DNA of 64,000 bases from positions 2,016,001 through 2,080,000 of the forward strand of contig OY760142.1 of the NCBI GenBank assembly GCA_963663225.1, in the 5' to 3' direction. Below the pieces are notes generated by a model, which was not told the origin of the DNA, did not search any database, and saw only the letters and a list, made by a program, of their open reading frames with translations. Shown here in pieces: positions 60,299 to 64,000 of this stretch; within the stretch, counting starts at the first letter, position 1; each line of letters opens with the position of its first letter. A program made the position numbers and the translations under genes. This stretch comes from Nitrospirota bacterium. GTDB taxonomy: Bacteria > Nitrospirota > UBA9217.

Positions 60299-61354
60299 GT
60301 GATGTTTTTATCAAAAAAAATAGAACCGATTGCACTTGATATAGGATCGACGTTCATCAAGCTGGTAAAATTGAAGGGGACCAACAAGAGTTACCAGCTG
60401 CAGAAATTCGGCATGGTTTCGTTGCCGCCCGAGGTAATCGTGGAGGGGGCGGTCATGGATGCCGGCCGTGTGGTTGAGGCAATCAGACAGCTTCTTGCCG
60501 AGCAGAAGGTGACCACCAAGGAGGCTGTGATTTCGGTCTCGGGCAGTTCCGTAATTATCAAACGCGTTTCGGTTGCCGATATGACCGATGAGGAGCTTGC
60601 CGAGTCCATTCGGTGGGAGGCGGAACAGTATATCCCGTTTTCAATCGATGATGTGAACGTGGATTTCCAGAAGTTGGGGCCCGGTGGGGCTGCAGGCCAG
60701 GCTGATGTCCTTCTGGTTGCGGTCAAAAAGGACAAGATTAACGATTATGTAAACCTCGTGAAGGAAGCGGGTCTTGAGCCTGTCGTTATGGATGTTGATG
60801 CTTTTGCCCTGGCAAATATGTACGAACTCAACTACGAACTTGAACCGGGAATCACCGCTCTGCTCAACATCGGCGCATCGGTGATGAATATTAATATTCT
60901 GAAAGACGGCGCTTCAATTTTCACCCGTGATATTTCCGTGGGGGGCAACCGGTATACAGAGGCACTCCAGCGGGATTTCGGCCTGACGTATGAAGATGCA
61001 GAGCGGGTAAAGAGAGGCGAAACGATTGAAGGTGCGGATGCGGAGCAGATCGCGGGAGTGATGTCGTCCGTAACAGACGACATCGTTACCGAAACGCAGC
61101 GATCCTTTGAATTTTTCCGCTCCACGACCGGAAGTGACAGGGTGTCGCGCGTGCTGGTTTCGGGAGGATGCGCACGCATCGGGAATTTCACATCAGTTCT
61201 TTCGGAACGGCTTGAGATCCCTGTGGAAGTGGTTAATCCTTTTAAAAACATCAAAGTCGATACAAAACGATTTGACCCTGCGCTTCTCGCAGAATCCGCC
61301 CCCCTGTCGGCAGTGGCAGTCGGGCTTGCGATCAGGAGGCCGGGAGACAGATGA
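60299..61354 (+). CDS. pilM: Type IV pilus assembly protein PilM
   Basis: ALDIGS, WEAEQYIPF, VMDVDAFAL, NIGAS, VSGG, AVGLAIR. Confidence 0.95.
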   Translation: MMFLSKKIEPIALDIGSTFIKLVKLKGTNKSYQLQKFGMVSLPPEVIVEGAVMDAGRVVEAIRQLLAEQKVTTKEAVISVSGSSVIIKRVSVADMTDEELAESIRWEAEQYIPFSIDDVNVDFQKLGPGGAAGQADVLLVAVKKDKINDYVNLVKEAGLEPVVMDVDAFALANMYELNYELEPGITALLNIGASVMNINILKDGASIFTRDISVGGNRYTEALQRDFGLTYEDAERVKRGETIEGADAEQIAGVMSSVTDDIVTETQRSFEFFRSTTGSDRVSRVLVSGGCARIGNFTSVLSERLEIPVEVVNPFKNIKVDTKRFDPALLAESAPLSAVAVGLAIRRPGDR

Positions 61355-61899
61355 TAAAGATAAATCTTCTGCCCAGCAAGAAAAAGCCTCCCAAAAAAGT
61401 AACCGATCTGCAGAAACAGGTGGTTTTCGCTGTCCTGATTCTCGCAGGCGTCGTAGGTGGATTGGGCTATTATTGGAAATATCAGACTGATACGATTGAC
61501 GTTTTGACGAAGCAGAAAGCTTCCGCTGAGGCGCGGCTTAGAGAGCAGGACAACATGCTCAAGGAAGTGAAAAATGTTGAGGCGGAACGGGACAGGGTGC
61601 AGGAAAAAATTAATGTCGTACAGCAGCTTAAGAAAAACCAGGCTGGTCCGGTGCGTCTTCTCGACGAAGTCAGCAAAGCGCTTCCTCTGGGTGTAAATAT
61701 AACGGCTCTTACGGAAAGCAACAATAATATTAGTATTGAAGGACAGGCATTCGGCAATAATGAGGTTGTTCATTTTATTGATAATTTAAAGGCGTCCTCC
61801 CTATTAACGGGGGTGGCTCTGCTCGAAACAAGCCAGGTAAAAGTTGAAGGAATTGATGTTTACAAATACAAACTCCAGTTTGCATATAAGGGGTTGTGA
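61351..61899 (+). CDS. pilN: Type IV pilus assembly protein PilN
   Basis: MIKINLLP motif, TM helix, coiled coil. Confidence 0.93.
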   Translation: MIKINLLPSKKKPPKKVTDLQKQVVFAVLILAGVVGGLGYYWKYQTDTIDVLTKQKASAEARLREQDNMLKEVKNVEAERDRVQEKINVVQQLKKNQAGPVRLLDEVSKALPLGVNITALTESNNNISIEGQAFGNNEVVHFIDNLKASSLLTGVALLETSQVKVEGIDVYKYKLQFAYKGL

Positions 61900-62519
61900 T
61901 GGCATCTCCTTTTGTGGATAAAATTCAAAAAATACCTCCAAAAACGAGGATTATCGCGTTTGTAGCGCTTATTGTCGTGCTTGTGATTCTCGATATCTGG
62001 CAGTTTATAATTCCCATGAATACCCAGATTGACCAGTTGAAAAAGTCACTTATTGAACTGCAGAGCCATATTCAGCAGAATGATGAGAAGATAAGGAACC
62101 TGGACAAGCTAAGGGCTGAGGTCAAGGAATTGCAGTTGCAGTTGAAAATTCTGACTGAACAGCTTCCTCCCGAGTCAGAAGTTTCCGGATTACTCAGACA
62201 GATCCAAGAAAAAGTCAATCAATCAGGTCTTGTTCTAAAATTGTGGAGACCTGAGAAGGCAAGAGACCATGCAAGCGGGTTGTATAAGGAGATTCCTGTA
62301 ACGATAACTTTGGTCGGAGGATATCACAATACAGCAACATTCTTTGACCGCATTAGTAAATTGAGCCGTATTGTGAATATCTTGAATATTAAGATGGGAA
62401 GTGCAAAGCAGAATAATGACGGCTCGATTTCCGTCGAAATCAACTGTACGGCAATGACATTTTCGGCAGTGGAGAAAAAAGTTGAAACAGCACCTACAGC
62501 AGCGAAAAAAGTCAGGTAG
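61896..62519 (+). CDS. pilO: Type IV pilus assembly protein PilO
   Basis: TM helix, coiled coil, QLPPESEVSGLL, GGYHN..FF, LSRIVNI. Confidence 0.93.
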   Translation: MMASPFVDKIQKIPPKTRIIAFVALIVVLVILDIWQFIIPMNTQIDQLKKSLIELQSHIQQNDEKIRNLDKLRAEVKELQLQLKILTEQLPPESEVSGLLRQIQEKVNQSGLVLKLWRPEKARDHASGLYKEIPVTITLVGGYHNTATFFDRISKLSRIVNILNIKMGSAKQNNDGSISVEINCTAMTFSAVEKKVETAPTAAKKVR

Positions 62520-63042
62520 CATAATCGGCATTTCCCTGGTCCTGGCACTGGGGGCGATAACGATGATGCTGACGGCCTGTTCTGATTCAGAAAAAGGCTC
62601 TGTGCAGCCTGCCCCCGCTGCACGAAAGACGGCGCAACAGCCTGTGACACAGCCGACTAGCACGGTGATGAAAAACGTGGAACAGCCCGTTTTCTCCTAT
62701 GCTTCAGCTGGAAGACGTGACCCCTTTTCTCCTCTTGTGTCCAAGGCGATGACCAAGGAAAGAGCGAGCGCTCGCCCTCCGCTGGAACGCTATACACTGT
62801 CCGAGTTCAAATTATCAGGAATCGTCTGGGGCGGATTTGGATATAATGCCATGGTTGAAGGGCCGGATGGAAAAGGTTATTTTGTTCGTGTGGGAACAAC
62901 GATTGGATCCAACAAGGGCGTGGTAAAGGCGATAACCAAAGACACCATTGTGATTGAAGAAAAATTCAAAAATGTAATGGGAGCAACAGAACGGAAGCAG
63001 ATCACTATTCAGCTTCGTAAAACAGAGGAGGGAATGCAATGA
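62482..63042 (+). CDS. pilP: Type IV pilus lipoprotein PilP
   Basis: Lipobox LTAC; RRDPF, PLERY, LSGIVW, VRVG..IG. Confidence 0.92.
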   Translation: MKQHLQQRKKSGSIIGISLVLALGAITMMLTACSDSEKGSVQPAPAARKTAQQPVTQPTSTVMKNVEQPVFSYASAGRRDPFSPLVSKAMTKERASARPPLERYTLSEFKLSGIVWGGFGYNAMVEGPDGKGYFVRVGTTIGSNKGVVKAITKDTIVIEEKFKNVMGATERKQITIQLRKTEEGMQ

Positions 63043-64000
63043 AGCTTGCTCAACAGCTGAAAACGGGATGGTTGATCATCCTCGTCTCCCTCATTGCAGT
63101 AACATTCGCGGGGTGTTCGAAAAAAGCCCCCGTAACACAACCACAGGAAACCCTTGCGGTCATCAATAAAATCGAGCCCCGTGATGTAAATGGCAAAACA
63201 GAAATTCTGTTTGAAGGGACCGCTCCGCTCCATCAATATACATCTTTCCAGCTTACTGAGCCTCTCAGGCTGGTAGTGGATATTGCAAACGCGGATTTGG
63301 GAACACTCAAGGACAAGATAAACGTTATGACTGGAGCTGTTACCGAGATTACTCCAAGCCAAAAAGACAATATTGCGCGTTTTGAAATTGGGCTTTCTCA
63401 ACCGGTTGACACAAAGATAAATCAGCAGGACGGCAAGCTTGTTGTGGAAGTCGCAAAGGCTGACGAATCGGCAAAACCAGCTGCAGAAATAAAGCCTGCG
63501 ACTGAGGTTACTCCTCCCGTTGCGACGAAGGAGAATGATGCGCTGAAAACTGAAGAAAAATTGGAAACACCCCAGCCTGAACTGCCTGCCGCGACAATTA
63601 TTTCATCGGTAAATGCAATGGCCGGCAAAGATGGGGCTAAAGTGGTCATTACGGGTAACGGAGCAATAAAAGCAAAAATTCTGAAGCTGGACGGCAACAG
63701 GGTGGTGGTCAATATCCCGGGTGCCAAAAACAAAGCAAGACCGTATGTTATTCCTGTAAGGAAAGGCGGTCTGGACAAGGTGCGCATCGGACAACACCCA
63801 GATAAGGTAAGTGTGGTGCTTGACCTGAAAAAACCGACGGATTATACGGCTACGAACGAAGGCAAATCGCTTATTATAGCTATGAATACTGCTTCGACAG
63901 TAAAGCCACAGGAAAAAGTTGCAGCGGCCGAGCAACAGGCTGCACCAACGACTGAGAAAGACACATTGGGGACAAGTCAGCCGGCTGTCCAGGAAAAATC
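63039..64000 (+). CDS. pilQ: PilQ secretin N-terminal region with AMIN domains (3' truncated)
   Basis: ATG overlaps the pilP stop. MKLAQQLKTGWLIILVSLIAVTFAGC lipobox; YTSFQLTEPLRLVVDI and KVRIGQHPDKVSVVLDL AMIN motifs; position after pilMNOP. Absent from the ORF track because it has no stop in the window. Confidence 0.85.
   Translation, partial: MKLAQQLKTGWLIILVSLIAVTFAGCSKKAPVTQPQETLAVINKIEPRDVNGKTEILFEGTAPLHQYTSFQLTEPLRLVVDIANADLGTLKDKINVMTGAVTEITPSQKDNIARFEIGLSQPVDTKINQQDGKLVVEVAKADESAKPAAEIKPATEVTPPVATKENDALKTEEKLETPQPELPAATIISSVNAMAGKDGAKVVITGNGAIKAKILKLDGNRVVVNIPGAKNKARPYVIPVRKGGLDKVRIGQHPDKVSVVLDLKKPTDYTATNEGKSLIIAMNTASTVKPQEKVAAAEQQAAPTTEKDTLGTSQPAVQEK

Overview
A gene-dense bacterial chromosome segment; the gene content suggests an anaerobic Nitrospirota/deltaproteobacterium-like organism (inference only). 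I saw no rRNA, tRNA, CRISPR array or intact mobile element. Housekeeping and metabolic content: signalling genes, a sigma28-driven chemoreceptor, a galT-glgA-GAF kinase-response regulator-rlmD operon, lactate permease, a Tat-exported group 1a-like [NiFe] hydrogenase operon (sigma54/IHF-type promoter), a sigma54-type metY-metX/metW-nifS-cysK cluster, phoBR, a large CoA-activase, a cold-shock protein, a DEAD-box helicase, tsaD, DAHP synthase, glgC and pilMNOPQ. The standout is 40.5-48.2 kb, a putative RiPP system. A 125-aa precursor has a twin-arginine-like leader and a core of 16 Tyr-x-x triplets (15 are Y-x-N/D). It is followed by radical SAM/SPASM enzyme 1, a pseudo-rSAM/SPASM-like protein and radical SAM/SPASM enzyme 2 (WHGGEP type), then a secreted TPR-CHAT protease and a secreted DUF4384 protein. 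My best inference is a Tat-exported, multiply cross-linked (triceptide-like Tyr-x-Asn cyclophane) peptide. All family assignments come from motif recognition by eye; no searches were run.
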